Of a DNA stretch of 64,000 nt, positions 26,889-36,450 are shown one piece after another. Within the stretch, counting starts at the first letter, position 1. Each line of letters begins with the position of its first letter. Where the stretch lies: NCBI GenBank assembly GCA_039798785.1, contig JBDKFG010000007.1, forward strand, positions 28,932 to 92,931, given 5' to 3'. Source of the stretch: Verrucomicrobiota bacterium. Its GTDB lineage: Bacteria; Verrucomicrobiota; Lentisphaeria; Lentisphaerales; Lentisphaeraceae. Below the pieces are notes generated by a model. That model was not told the DNA's origin, did no database searches, and saw only the letters and a program-made list of their open reading frames with translations. A program made the translations under genes and the position numbers.

Positions 26889-27935
26889 ATGAACACCAGT
26901 AAGCGCACTCTCCGCAGCCTCGACGACTTCGCCGCCGCCGGCCTGCTTCCCGCCGATGCCGACGCCGCGGCCCTCGGCGAAGTGGCGCGGCAGTTCAGTC
27001 TCGCACTCAGCCCGGAACTGGCCGGCAGGATCGGAGGAAGCCCCTGCTCCGATCCCGTCGCCCTGCAGTTCGTCCCTGACGCCCGCGAGCTCGAAATCGA
27101 CCCCCGCGAGCTCGCCGATCCGATCGGCGATGAGCTGCATTCTCCCCAGAAAGGCATCGTCCACCGCTACCCGGACCGGGTTCTGCTCAAACCCACTCAC
27201 AGCTGTGCCGTCTATTGCCGCTTCTGCTTCCGGCGGGAAAAGGTCGGACCGGGAGAGGAGACCTTGCGCGATCCCGAGCTTGACGCGGCCCTCGCCTACA
27301 TCGAGGCGCGCCCGGCGATCTGGGAGGTCATTCTCACCGGCGGCGATCCGCTGGTCCTGCCTCCTTCCCGCCTTGCCGCGATGCTCCGTCGTCTTGCCGC
27401 CATCACTCACGTCGAAGTCATCCGTCTTCACAGCCGCGTTCCGGTGGTCGCGCCGGAAAGGATCACGCCGGAACTGCTCCAGGCTCTGCGCTGTGACAAG
27501 GCGGTCTGGTGCGTCGTCCACGTCAACGCCGCCGCCGAGCTCGGTCCCGCCGCCGCTCGCAGCCTCGCCGCCCTGGTCGACGCCGGCATTCCTCTCCTGT
27601 CGCAAAGCGTCCTGCTCAAGGGCGTCAACGATTCCGCCGCCGCCCTTGAAAGCCTTTTCCGCCGTCTTTGCGGCCTCCGCGTCAAACCCTACTACTTGCA
27701 TCATCCCGACCTGGTCCGTGGCACCGGCCACTTCCGTGTCAGTCTTGCGCAGGGACAGGAAATCCTCCGTCAGCTTCGCGGCGAGCTCTCCGGCATCGCC
27801 CAGCCGACCTACATTCTCGACATTCCCGGTGGTGCCGGCAAGGTCCCCTGCGGACCTTCCTTTCTGCGCCCGCTCGCCGACGGCTCCTGGGAGGTCGAGG
27901 ACCCCGGCGGCCGGAAGCACTCCTATCCTGGCTGA
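26889..27935 (+). CDS. Lysine 2,3-aminomutase-like radical SAM protein (KamA/EpmB family)
   Basis: HRYPDRVL, CAVYCRFCFRR, ILTGGDPL, QSVLLKGVND, PYYLHHPD, DIPGGAGK. Confidence 0.92.
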   Translation: MNTSKRTLRSLDDFAAAGLLPADADAAALGEVARQFSLALSPELAGRIGGSPCSDPVALQFVPDARELEIDPRELADPIGDELHSPQKGIVHRYPDRVLLKPTHSCAVYCRFCFRREKVGPGEETLRDPELDAALAYIEARPAIWEVILTGGDPLVLPPSRLAAMLRRLAAITHVEVIRLHSRVPVVAPERITPELLQALRCDKAVWCVVHVNAAAELGPAAARSLAALVDAGIPLLSQSVLLKGVNDSAAALESLFRRLCGLRVKPYYLHHPDLVRGTGHFRVSLAQGQEILRQLRGELSGIAQPTYILDIPGGAGKVPCGPSFLRPLADGSWEVEDPGGRKHSYPG

Positions 27936-27944
27936 ACCGGGCTT

Positions 27945-29468
27945 TCAGGGGGCGAGTTCGGCAGCACCGGAGAGTGCCGGGCCGTCTGGGCGGGTGGGTA
28001 GGAGGGCGCCGCGCTCTTTGAGCTGGCGGCTCAGGGCCTGAGCAAGTTCGCGGACCTCAGCCGGACGTTCGGCGGCGAGGTCGCGGCTCTCGCCGATGTC
28101 GTTATTGAGATCGTAGAGTTCGAGCTTGGCGCTGGCGTAGTGGCAGATCAGCTTCAAGTCACCGCGACGGATCGACGACCAAGGGGCCTGGTCATAGGTG
28201 TTGGGATAGTGCCAGATCAGATCGCGGGAGGGCGCCGCGGCGGTGTCGCCGCGGGCCAGCGGCAGGAAGGAGCGTCCGTCGACCGGGTGTTTGACCAGGG
28301 GTTTCCAGTCGATGCCGGCGGCCTCGAGGAGGCTGGGGAAGACATCTTCGATGATCACCGGATCGGCGCAGCGGGCGGGCTGGACGCGGCCTTGCAGCAG
28401 CGCACGAGGCAGGCGGACGGCGAGCGGGACGCGGGTGCCGCCCTCGTAGCCGGTGATCTTGTGGCCGCGGAGGGGCAGGTTGCGCGGATTCTCCCGGGGC
28501 GAGCCGTTGTCCGACATGAAGAGGATCAGGGTGTCGTCGAGGTGCTGGTGGCGCTCCAGCCAGGCGAGGAGCTCGCCGAGGGACTTGTCCATCCCCTCGA
28601 CCATCGAGGCGAAGGCGGCGTCGCGCTTCGACAGACCGCGGTCGAGGTAGGGCTGGACGAAGCGGGCGTCGGCCTCGAAGGGCGCGTGGACGGCGTAGTG
28701 GGAGAGATAAAGATAGAAGGGCTTGCCCGAGGCTTCGTTGCGGTCGAGGGCGGCGAGGGCTTCGCGGGTGAGCGCCTCAGTCAGGTAGGTGGCGCTGCCG
28801 TGGTACTTCTCCAGGCCCGGGACGTTCCAGATCTCGTCGGCCTTGTTCTTGCTGCGCCAGGCGGCGCTGTAGTTCTTCTCGCCCCAATAGCTGCCGGGTC
28901 CGCCGGCGGCGTGGCCGGCGATGTTGACGGCGAAGCCGAAGTTGCGGGGATCGGCGCCGGAGGTCTCGGTGGCGCCCCAGTGCGCCTTGCCGGCGTGGAT
29001 GCAGTGGTAGCCGGCCTCGGCGAGCAGGCGCGGCAGGGTCTGGGCGCAGACGTGGCTGCGGGGCGTGCCGGCTTCGGGGCAGAGGCCGTTGAAGGGCCAC
29101 TGAGGGGGCCGCACCGGCCCCTTGGGGCTTCCTTCCGGCGAGACGTCACGGCGCAGGGTCCAGCAGGTGACGCCGTGGCGGGCTGCGTTGGCGCCGGTCA
29201 TCAGGCTGATGCGGCTGGGCGAGCAGACGGCGGAAGCGTAGGCCTGGGTGAAGAGGGTGCTTCCCTGCGCCAGCTTCTCGAGATTGGGGGTGCGGTAGCG
29301 ATCGTTGAGGGCGGTGCGCTCGCTGTGGAAGGGGACTGAGCAGTCCTGCCAGCCCATGTCGTCGACGAGGAAGAAGACGATGTTGGGTCGTTTCGGCGCG
29401 GGAGCGGCTGGCTCCTCGGCCTCGGCGGAGCTGGCGAGGAAGAGGGCGGAAAGGATGAGGCGGAGCAT
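27945..29468 (-). CDS. Secreted formylglycine-dependent sulfatase (S1)
   Basis: Signal peptide. RPNIVFFLVDDMGW, CSPSR, GKAHWG, HYAVHAP, SDNG, YEGGTRVP, ELYDL..DIGE. Confidence 0.95.
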   Translation of the reverse strand: MLRLILSALFLASSAEAEEPAAPAPKRPNIVFFLVDDMGWQDCSVPFHSERTALNDRYRTPNLEKLAQGSTLFTQAYASAVCSPSRISLMTGANAARHGVTCWTLRRDVSPEGSPKGPVRPPQWPFNGLCPEAGTPRSHVCAQTLPRLLAEAGYHCIHAGKAHWGATETSGADPRNFGFAVNIAGHAAGGPGSYWGEKNYSAAWRSKNKADEIWNVPGLEKYHGSATYLTEALTREALAALDRNEASGKPFYLYLSHYAVHAPFEADARFVQPYLDRGLSKRDAAFASMVEGMDKSLGELLAWLERHQHLDDTLILFMSDNGSPRENPRNLPLRGHKITGYEGGTRVPLAVRLPRALLQGRVQPARCADPVIIEDVFPSLLEAAGIDWKPLVKHPVDGRSFLPLARGDTAAAPSRDLIWHYPNTYDQAPWSSIRRGDLKLICHYASAKLELYDLNNDIGESRDLAAERPAEVRELAQALSRQLKERGALLPTRPDGPALSGAAELAP

Positions 29469-29554
29469 AAATGCGTCCTGGATTGATTGAGACTGGCCCG
29501 TCTGAGACTCACGGCGCTAGAGTGAAGTTCCCTGAGGGGGGATCGGGCGGGGGA

Positions 29555-31792
29555 TCAGAGTTTCGGCTTCCCGTGGAGCAGCTTTTCCGCCAAGGGTTCG
29601 AAGCCGGCTTCCCGGGCGAGCGCGGCAGGGCTTTTTCCGTCGCTGGTCAAATCATCGGTCCGGGCTCCTTTTTCCAAGAGATAGCGGACCACCTTCCCCT
29701 GGCCGTTGGCTGCGGCGAAATGGATCGCCTGCCAGTGCTCATCCTGCTTCGCATCGACTTTTGCGCCGGCCGCCAAGAGAAGATCGAGAATCGCCAGACG
29801 GCGAGCTTCGACCAGAGCGGGATAGTAGCGATCATGGTTCATCCCCAGGCTCATCAGGGTTCGAACAGCCATCACACTCGCCTTCTCTTTCGTCGCAGGA
29901 TCGGAATCCAAATCCTCCATCCTCGGTCCGAGTTTGGATAGTTCGGCATCAGAGAAGACCGGCGGCTCATCTTCCGGGGCGCGGGTGCATCTGGCGATAA
30001 TTTCCTCCTGGCTGTCGCTTAGAAGCATATGGATCGCCTGCCAGCCAGCAGATGTTTTGGCTGTCGATTGAGCGCCGGCTGCCAAGAGGAACTCCACCGC
30101 TTCGACACTCCAGGCGCCTGAGGCGCAATGAATCGCTTGACAGCCATCCTCAGTCGCTGCGTCGATCTTGGCACCCGCTTCGATCAACATTTTGAGACAG
30201 GAGGCCGAGCCTTTTCCCGCCGCCAGATGGATCGGCTGCCAGCCCTCCGCCATCTCGACATCCGGCTTGGCACCCGCTTGCAGCAGAAGCTTCAAGGTTT
30301 TGTCGTGACCGCCGTCAGCCGCCAGATGGATCGGCTGCCAGCCCTCCGCCATCTCGACATCCGGCTTGGCACCCGCTTGCAGCAGAAGCTTCAAGGTTTT
30401 GTCGTGACCGCCATTGGCGGCTAAATGAATCGCCTGCCAGCCATCACCGGAATCGGCATCGATCTTGGCTCCCGCAGCAAGCAGCATCCTGACTATTTCC
30501 TCGTGGCCCGAATCAGCCGCAGAATGAAGCGGCTGCCAATTGTTGGCGAGGGCGTCGACCTTGGCCCCTGCCGCCAACAAGAGGCGGACTGATTCGATGT
30601 CACCGCCTGCTGCCGCCAGATGCAAAGCGGTGCAGCCGCTGGCGTTGACGACCTCGATTTTCGCCCCTGCGGCCAAGGCGGCTTTCAGCAGGTCCGGCTC
30701 TTTCTCCTCAGCCGCGCGGAGAAGAAGGGTCGCGCCGTCGGCCTCGACTGCGTTGACATCCAAGCCTGCCCGGATGAGATAGTCGGCCATTTCACCAGTG
30801 CCCGCATGTACCAGAAGGCTGCCGTACTCATCCTTCGCATCCAGCCTGGCTCCCTTGGCGATCAGCAACTTGACGATGTCGAGGCTGCCGCCGAGCACCG
30901 CTTTTTGAATCATCCCGGAATTCAAGTTCTGCAAATCGGAACCGGCAGAGAGGAGCAGTTGCGCAGACTCGTGAAAGACGGGTGCGGATTTCTGCCCATA
31001 CATGGCCGGCCCGGTAAGTGCATACTCCAAGGGTATGCCATCATTGGCGGCTTTCGGATTGACTTTCGCTCCCAAGCTGAGCAGAGCTCGAACCGCCTGG
31101 GCGCTGACCGATCCGGCCGCCAAGTGCAGAGGCGTGTCGGCGTTGTCGGTCAACGCCTCGATTTTGGCTCCGGCTTTCGCCAGGGCCTGAATCACCTCGG
31201 CGTGATTGTTTTCGGCCGCCCAGTGAAGCGGGGTGTAGCTGTAATATTCGGTCACGGCGTCAGGCGACGCTCCCTGCTTGAGCAGGGTGGCCACCACCTC
31301 AGATCGTCCTTGTTGGGCGGCGTAATGGAGAGGGGTCGCGTCGTCGTAGCCCGTGACGTTGACATCGACCCTCTTGGACAAGAGCAGATTCACGACTTCC
31401 GCATGGCCGTAATAAGCGGCAAGATGGATGGCCTGACAATCGCACTGCCACTCTTCCTCCTCGTTCTGCTTCGGCCAGGCGCCGCATATCGACGCATCTG
31501 TCTTGGCGCCGGCGGCGAGGAGGAGCTGGAGGACCTCGACTTGGCCGCGAGCGGCGGCGAAGTGGATGGCCTGCCAATCGTTGGCTTCTTTGAGGTCGAC
31601 CGGGACGCCGCTGGCGAGGAGCTCCTCGACCCGCGAGGCATCGCCGCGGCAGGCGGCGTCGAAGAGGCTGCCGGCCGGTAAGGTCGAGGGGGCTTGCAGC
31701 GCCGCTTCGCGCCTGGGTTCGAGCATGCTGCAGGCGGCGGTGAGAAGCAGGGCGAGGCTGGTGCCGGCGGAGACAAGGGAGGGAAAGGACAT
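29555..31792 (-). CDS. Ankyrin-repeat lipoprotein
   Basis: Lipobox LTAAC. Many TPLH.AA/WQAIHLAA...LL.AGA repeats. Confidence 0.9.
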   Translation of the reverse strand: MSFPSLVSAGTSLALLLTAACSMLEPRREAALQAPSTLPAGSLFDAACRGDASRVEELLASGVPVDLKEANDWQAIHFAAARGQVEVLQLLLAAGAKTDASICGAWPKQNEEEEWQCDCQAIHLAAYYGHAEVVNLLLSKRVDVNVTGYDDATPLHYAAQQGRSEVVATLLKQGASPDAVTEYYSYTPLHWAAENNHAEVIQALAKAGAKIEALTDNADTPLHLAAGSVSAQAVRALLSLGAKVNPKAANDGIPLEYALTGPAMYGQKSAPVFHESAQLLLSAGSDLQNLNSGMIQKAVLGGSLDIVKLLIAKGARLDAKDEYGSLLVHAGTGEMADYLIRAGLDVNAVEADGATLLLRAAEEKEPDLLKAALAAGAKIEVVNASGCTALHLAAAGGDIESVRLLLAAGAKVDALANNWQPLHSAADSGHEEIVRMLLAAGAKIDADSGDGWQAIHLAANGGHDKTLKLLLQAGAKPDVEMAEGWQPIHLAADGGHDKTLKLLLQAGAKPDVEMAEGWQPIHLAAGKGSASCLKMLIEAGAKIDAATEDGCQAIHCASGAWSVEAVEFLLAAGAQSTAKTSAGWQAIHMLLSDSQEEIIARCTRAPEDEPPVFSDAELSKLGPRMEDLDSDPATKEKASVMAVRTLMSLGMNHDRYYPALVEARRLAILDLLLAAGAKVDAKQDEHWQAIHFAAANGQGKVVRYLLEKGARTDDLTSDGKSPAALAREAGFEPLAEKLLHGKPKL
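30219..30412. repeat. Exact in-frame duplication of one ankyrin repeat (99-bp period)
   Basis: 30219-30313 is identical to 30318-30412. Confidence 0.92.
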
Positions 31793-32055
31793 GAAGGCGC
31801 CTGGGCTCGGGGTTGGAAATTCGCGGGACTCCCTGAGCCTAAGCCAAAAGCCGGGCAAATGCAAGAAGCCAAGGGACAAAAGGGCTCTCGACTGAGGCTC
31901 CGGCAAATTCCTCTTGGGAGATCCGACAAGCCCTGCCGCGCGGCGATCTGTGTCACCGCTGATTCCCGCGGGCGGGAAGCGGTCTGGGCGGGAATCTTGC
32001 CGGGACGGCAGGCCGCGCTAAATTTGCCGCCCATTTCAATCGACAGGAGAATTCC

Positions 32056-32841
32056 ATGGAAGTGATCATCTGCAGCAGCAAGCAGGAAGCCGAGCTGACC
32101 ACCGCCAAGCTGATCGCCTCGCGCATCCGCTCCAAGCCCAACCTGCTGCTCGGCCTTGCCACCGGCCGCACTCCCGAAGGCGTCTATGCCCTCCTCGCCG
32201 AGATGCACAAGAAGGAAGGACTCGACTTCTCCCTGGCGAGCAGCGTCAACCTCGACGAATACGTCGGCCTCGCTCCCGAGCACGACCAGTCCTACCGCTA
32301 CTTCATGAACAAGCATCTGTTCTCGAAGGTCAACATCAAGCTTTCCAACACGCATCTGCCCGACGGCATGGCCAAGGACATCCCGGCGGAATGCGCCAAT
32401 TTCGAAGCCCAGATCTCCCGTCTCGGAGGCATCGATCTGCAGCTGCTCGGCATCGGCAGCAACGGCCACATCGGTTTCAACGAGCCCGGCTGCTCTCTGT
32501 CCTCGCGCACCCGCATCAAAACCCTCACCAAAGAGACCCTGGAGCAGAACGGCCCGATGTTCGGCGATCCGAAACTGATGCCGCGCCACGCCTTGACCAT
32601 GGGGGTCGGCACCATCATGGAAGCCAAGGAAGTCCTGCTCATCGCCACCGGCAAGGGCAAGGCCCCGGTGGTGAAGGCCATGGTCGAAGGCGCCATCTCG
32701 GCCTGGGTTCCCGCCTCGATCCTGCAGATGCACCAGCGCGCCGTCATCGTCCTCGACCAGGATGCCGCTTCCGAGCTGCAGAACGGCGAATACTACAAGT
32801 GGGTCTACGCCAACAAGCCGGAATGGCAGAAGAGCTTCTGA
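32056..32841 (+). CDS. nagB: Glucosamine-6-phosphate deaminase
   Basis: LGLATGRTP, NLDEYVGL, LLGIGSNGHIGFNEPG, TMGVGTI, PASILQMH. Confidence 0.96.
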   Translation: MEVIICSSKQEAELTTAKLIASRIRSKPNLLLGLATGRTPEGVYALLAEMHKKEGLDFSLASSVNLDEYVGLAPEHDQSYRYFMNKHLFSKVNIKLSNTHLPDGMAKDIPAECANFEAQISRLGGIDLQLLGIGSNGHIGFNEPGCSLSSRTRIKTLTKETLEQNGPMFGDPKLMPRHALTMGVGTIMEAKEVLLIATGKGKAPVVKAMVEGAISAWVPASILQMHQRAVIVLDQDAASELQNGEYYKWVYANKPEWQKSF

Positions 32842-32857
32842 GAGCCCAGGCCCGCCG

Positions 32858-32885
32858 ATCCCGCTTCCGCCGAAGCGGGATTTTT
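32858..32885 (+). terminator. Rho-independent terminator after nagB
   Basis: ATCCCGCTTC-CGCC-GAAGCGGGAT then TTTT. Confidence 0.8.
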
Positions 32886-32968
32886 GCGGCCTGTGCACGT
32901 CCCTCTGCGTCTCCGGCTGGGCGCCTCGCGCTTGCCGGCCTACATTGGCGCAGCAGCGGAAGGGCCCC

Positions 32969-35050
32969 ATGACCGGCGACAATCCCCACCTTGTGCAGTT
33001 CATCGACCTGGCGCAGCAGTGCTGCGACGGCGAGGGCGGCGGCCTGCGCGGCGATCTGGGCGGCGCAGCCTGGCCCTACGAAGAGGACGAACTGGTCGAC
33101 CAGGGCGGCAAGAAACGCATCATCCGCTGCCTCGACCGCCGCAGCGGCCGCATCGTCGCCCGCGCCGAATGCCTGCAGGAGGGCGATGCCGCCGAGGAGG
33201 AGAAGTTTCTCCGCGAAGCCCGCCTCACCGCCCAGCTCCAGCACCCCAACATCATCCCGGTCCATGAGATCGGCCTCACTCCCGCCGGCCACCCCTACTT
33301 CGTGATGAAACTGGTCGAAGGGCGCAGCCTGCAGCAGCTCCTCGACGCCCTCCGGGACGGCGACGGCGCCGCCAGTCGCGACTATCCCCTCGCCACCCGC
33401 ATCGACATCTTCAGCCGCATCTGCGAGGCCGTCGCCTACGCCCATCGACGCGGCATTCTGCACCTCGACTTGAAGCCCGCCAACATCCAGCTCAGCCAGC
33501 TCAGCCGCCACGGGGAGGTGCTGGTCTGCGACTGGGGTCTCGCCCGCGTCCTCGACGCGGTCTGCGAAGACCCGCAGCTGCTGCGGCTGTCGCTCGACCC
33601 TCATGAGCTCAAGACCCTCACCCGCGACGGCTTCGTCAAGGGCAGCCCCGGCTACATGGCCCCCGAGCAGGCCGGAGCCGTGCACGGCGTCAAGGACCGC
33701 CGCAGCGACGTCTTCTCCCTTGGCGCCCTGCTCTACTCCCTGCTGGCTTATCAGCCGCCCTTCGACGGCGCCGATGTCGCCGAGGTCCTGGCGGCCACCC
33801 GCCGCGGCCGGATCCAGCCATTCCCGAGGCCGCCGCCGCCCGGTCTCGAGGCGATCTGCCGCAAGGCCCTGCAGCGGCGGCCGGAAGATCGCTACGGCGA
33901 CGTCGACGAGCTGCTCGACGAGCTTGCCGCCTGGCGCTACGGATTCGCCACCGCGGCCGAAAAGGCGAGCTTCGGCCGCCAGCTGCTCCTCTTCGGCCGC
34001 CGCCATGTCCGCATCGTCGCGCCCCTCGCCGTGTCAATCCTGGTTCTTGCCGCCGCCACCCTGCTCTTCATCCAGGGCTTGAACCACAAGGAGGCCGCGG
34101 CCCAGGAGGCCCGCCGCCGCGCCGAAAGCAGCGAAGCGCAGCTGCGCCGGGAGACGGCGGCCCGGCTGCGCCTTGCCCACGACGTCGCGCCTCGCTACAT
34201 GCAGCTTGCACTCGAAGCGGAGGAGAAGATGGATTTCGATGCCGCGCTGAACTACGGACGGCAGGCGGTCGAGATCGAGCCTGCCCTCGGCCGCGCCTGG
34301 CAGAGCCAGGCCCTGGTCCACCTCGGGCGACAGAACTTCGCCGCTGCGGCCGGCGCCTACCGCAAGGCTGGCGGGGCGGACAATCTGCTCCTCGCCGCGT
34401 GGGCCGAGGAATTCGCCCTCCAGGCCGGCGCCGGCGAGATCACCGCCGCAGCCTGGACCAGCCTCTTCGCCCGCCTCCAGGCCCTCGACCGCCCCTGGAT
34501 CTTCGAGCGCCTCATCCGCCTTCACGTCGAGCGCCGCCTGGACATCGGCCAGCGCCTTTCCTTCCTCCACGAGATGCTGAGCCTGCAGCAGCCTGGAAGC
34601 AAGGAGATCCGCCTGAGCTGGAAGGACGGGCGACTCGACCTCGCCGGCAACGACAGGCTCAGCCTCAGCCCGGCTTTGCGCGGCCTGCCGGTCCGCGAAC
34701 TCGATCTCTCCCACACCGGCGTCGCCGATCTGCGGCTCCTCGCCAGCCTGCCGCTGGAATCCCTGCGCCTCGCCGGGGCTCCCTGCCGCGACCTGTCGCC
34801 GCTCGCCGGCCTGCCGCTGCGCCATCTCGATCTGCGCGGCTGCCCCGTCGCCGATCTCGCGCCGCTCGCCGGGCTGCCCCTGGTCAGTCTCGATCTGCGC
34901 GGCTGTCCCTCGCTCAATCTCGCGCATCTGCAGGCCTGCCGCGATCTGCGGCAGGTCGCGATCAGCCGCGAGAGGGCGACCCTGGAGCAGTGCCGCCGGC
35001 TCCTGCCCGAGGTCGAATGGCATCTCGGCGACGAGGAGGATTGGCAATGA
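32969..35050 (+). CDS. Transmembrane Ser/Thr protein kinase with TPR-like and leucine-rich-repeat C-terminal region
   Basis: FLREARLTAQLQHPNIIPVH, HLDLKPAN, DWGLA, GSPGYMAPEQ, SDVFSLG. One TM. LRRs of the form L..LPL..LDL.G.PV.DL. Confidence 0.92.
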   Translation: MTGDNPHLVQFIDLAQQCCDGEGGGLRGDLGGAAWPYEEDELVDQGGKKRIIRCLDRRSGRIVARAECLQEGDAAEEEKFLREARLTAQLQHPNIIPVHEIGLTPAGHPYFVMKLVEGRSLQQLLDALRDGDGAASRDYPLATRIDIFSRICEAVAYAHRRGILHLDLKPANIQLSQLSRHGEVLVCDWGLARVLDAVCEDPQLLRLSLDPHELKTLTRDGFVKGSPGYMAPEQAGAVHGVKDRRSDVFSLGALLYSLLAYQPPFDGADVAEVLAATRRGRIQPFPRPPPPGLEAICRKALQRRPEDRYGDVDELLDELAAWRYGFATAAEKASFGRQLLLFGRRHVRIVAPLAVSILVLAAATLLFIQGLNHKEAAAQEARRRAESSEAQLRRETAARLRLAHDVAPRYMQLALEAEEKMDFDAALNYGRQAVEIEPALGRAWQSQALVHLGRQNFAAAAGAYRKAGGADNLLLAAWAEEFALQAGAGEITAAAWTSLFARLQALDRPWIFERLIRLHVERRLDIGQRLSFLHEMLSLQQPGSKEIRLSWKDGRLDLAGNDRLSLSPALRGLPVRELDLSHTGVADLRLLASLPLESLRLAGAPCRDLSPLAGLPLRHLDLRGCPVADLAPLAGLPLVSLDLRGCPSLNLAHLQACRDLRQVAISRERATLEQCRRLLPEVEWHLGDEEDWQ

Positions 35051-35643
35051 GCGGCGAACCGACCCGCATCACCCTGCTGCAGCGGATCCGCGACCAGCAC
35101 GACGAAGGGGCCTGGAAGGACTTCGTGGTTTATTACCGGCCCTATATCCTCGCAGTCCTGCGCAACCTGGGGGAGCGGGGCGCCGGGGCCGACGACCTGG
35201 CCCAGGAGGTGCTGCTGCGCACCTGGAAAGCCCTGCCGCAGTTCCGCTATCAGGCCGGCGGCTGCAAGCTGCGCACCTGGCTCGGGCTGATCTGCCGAAA
35301 TACCCTGCGCTCGCGGCGCCGCCAGGAGCAGTCGCGCCTGAGCCGGGAGGGCTTGGACGACGCGGCGGTCGAAAGCGATCCGGAGATCGAGGAGATCGCC
35401 GAGAGGGAGTGGCGGCTCTATCTCTCCAATCTGGCCTGGAAGAACATCGAGGGGAGCTTCGCCGCCAGCGTCAAGGAATCCTTCCTACTCACCGCCGCCG
35501 GCGCCACTTCGGTCGAAGTCGCGGCCAAGCTCGGGCTCGCCGAGAGCAGCGTCCGCGTCAACAAGCAGAGACTCACCGCCGCTCTGTGCAAGGAGATCCT
35601 CCGCCTCAAGAGCCAGCTGGACTTTCCCGAGCACGGAGACTGA
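35047..35643 (+). CDS. ECF sigma-70 factor (kinase-associated type)
   Basis: ATGA overlap with the kinase stop. TRITLLQRIRD, AWKDFV.YY.PYI, DDLAQEV, LRTWL, EVAAKLGL...SVRV.K.R. Confidence 0.88.
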   Translation: MSGEPTRITLLQRIRDQHDEGAWKDFVVYYRPYILAVLRNLGERGAGADDLAQEVLLRTWKALPQFRYQAGGCKLRTWLGLICRNTLRSRRRQEQSRLSREGLDDAAVESDPEIEEIAEREWRLYLSNLAWKNIEGSFAASVKESFLLTAAGATSVEVAAKLGLAESSVRVNKQRLTAALCKEILRLKSQLDFPEHGD

Positions 35644-35705
35644 TTCGGCCGCAGACGCCGGGCTTTTGCCTCCGACGAAAATCTTCGAGAATTCTTCCGT
35701 CCGGC

Positions 35706-35734
35706 TGCAACGCCGGGGCGTCCTGCTTGGTTTA
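35706..35734 (+). promoter_or_regulatory. Possible ECF-type promoter upstream of the prepilin gene
   Basis: TGCAAC-N18-GTTTA, about 35 bp before the start. The motif is short and weakly diagnostic. Confidence 0.3.
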
Positions 35735-35766
35735 GAGGCTCAGAAGGCAAAACCCCGGAGGAACTC

Positions 35767-36435
35767 ATGCAAGCCAGGAAATTCACCTTGATCGAACTGC
35801 TGATGGTGATCGCCGTCATCCTCGTCCTCGTGTCCCTGCTCAGCCCGAGCTTCAACCGGGCGCGCGCCTTGAGCAAACGCGTCGTCTGCCTGTCCGGGAT
35901 GAAGCAGCTGGGCATGATGACGCAGCAATATGCCATCACCAACAAAGGGCTCCTGCCCCGCAGTGAAAGCCCCTCCGTCATCGGCGAGGAATGCACCTGG
36001 TACCCGACCACCGGCTTCCGCGGCCTCGCCTTGATGCGCAACTACTCGGATCGCGACAGCTTCAACCGGCTCTTCCGTTGCCCGAACGTGAAGAGCGGTC
36101 CATTCTTCAACTTCGACATCGAAAGTCCCGGCCAGGGGCCGCTGCAATACCGCGGCTACAACTCCCAGGGGCAGATGCGCCTGACCGACTCCACCCAAGC
36201 CATCATCGCCGACTATTTCTCCAAGAAGTACTACACCGCCAGCTGGTACGTCAACAACGGCTTCAAGGACATCTCCCACAACATCCGCGGCGCCGCCGGC
36301 TACGGCGTGGTCTACAAGGACGGCCATGGACGCCTCCACAACGACCCCTCGCGCGCCATCTCGCAGATGGCCGCGAGCAATCACTTCGACACCGGCTCGG
36401 AAGGCGGCTGGACCTATTTCGACGCCAATCCTTGA
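35767..36435 (+). CDS. Prepilin-type N-terminal cleavage/methylation domain protein (H...DGH tail)
   Basis: RKFTLIELLMVIAVILVLVSLLSP...CLSGMKQLG, FRCP, SH...VVYKDGH. GGAGG RBS. Confidence 0.9.
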   Translation: MQARKFTLIELLMVIAVILVLVSLLSPSFNRARALSKRVVCLSGMKQLGMMTQQYAITNKGLLPRSESPSVIGEECTWYPTTGFRGLALMRNYSDRDSFNRLFRCPNVKSGPFFNFDIESPGQGPLQYRGYNSQGQMRLTDSTQAIIADYFSKKYYTASWYVNNGFKDISHNIRGAAGYGVVYKDGHGRLHNDPSRAISQMAASNHFDTGSEGGWTYFDANP

Positions 36436-36450
36436 GGCGTGGAGACCGTC

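Noticed and set aside
34399..35046. N-terminal extension of the ECF sigma ORF
   Set aside because: It overlaps the kinase in another frame and is low-complexity. The ATGA overlap at 35047 is the better start.
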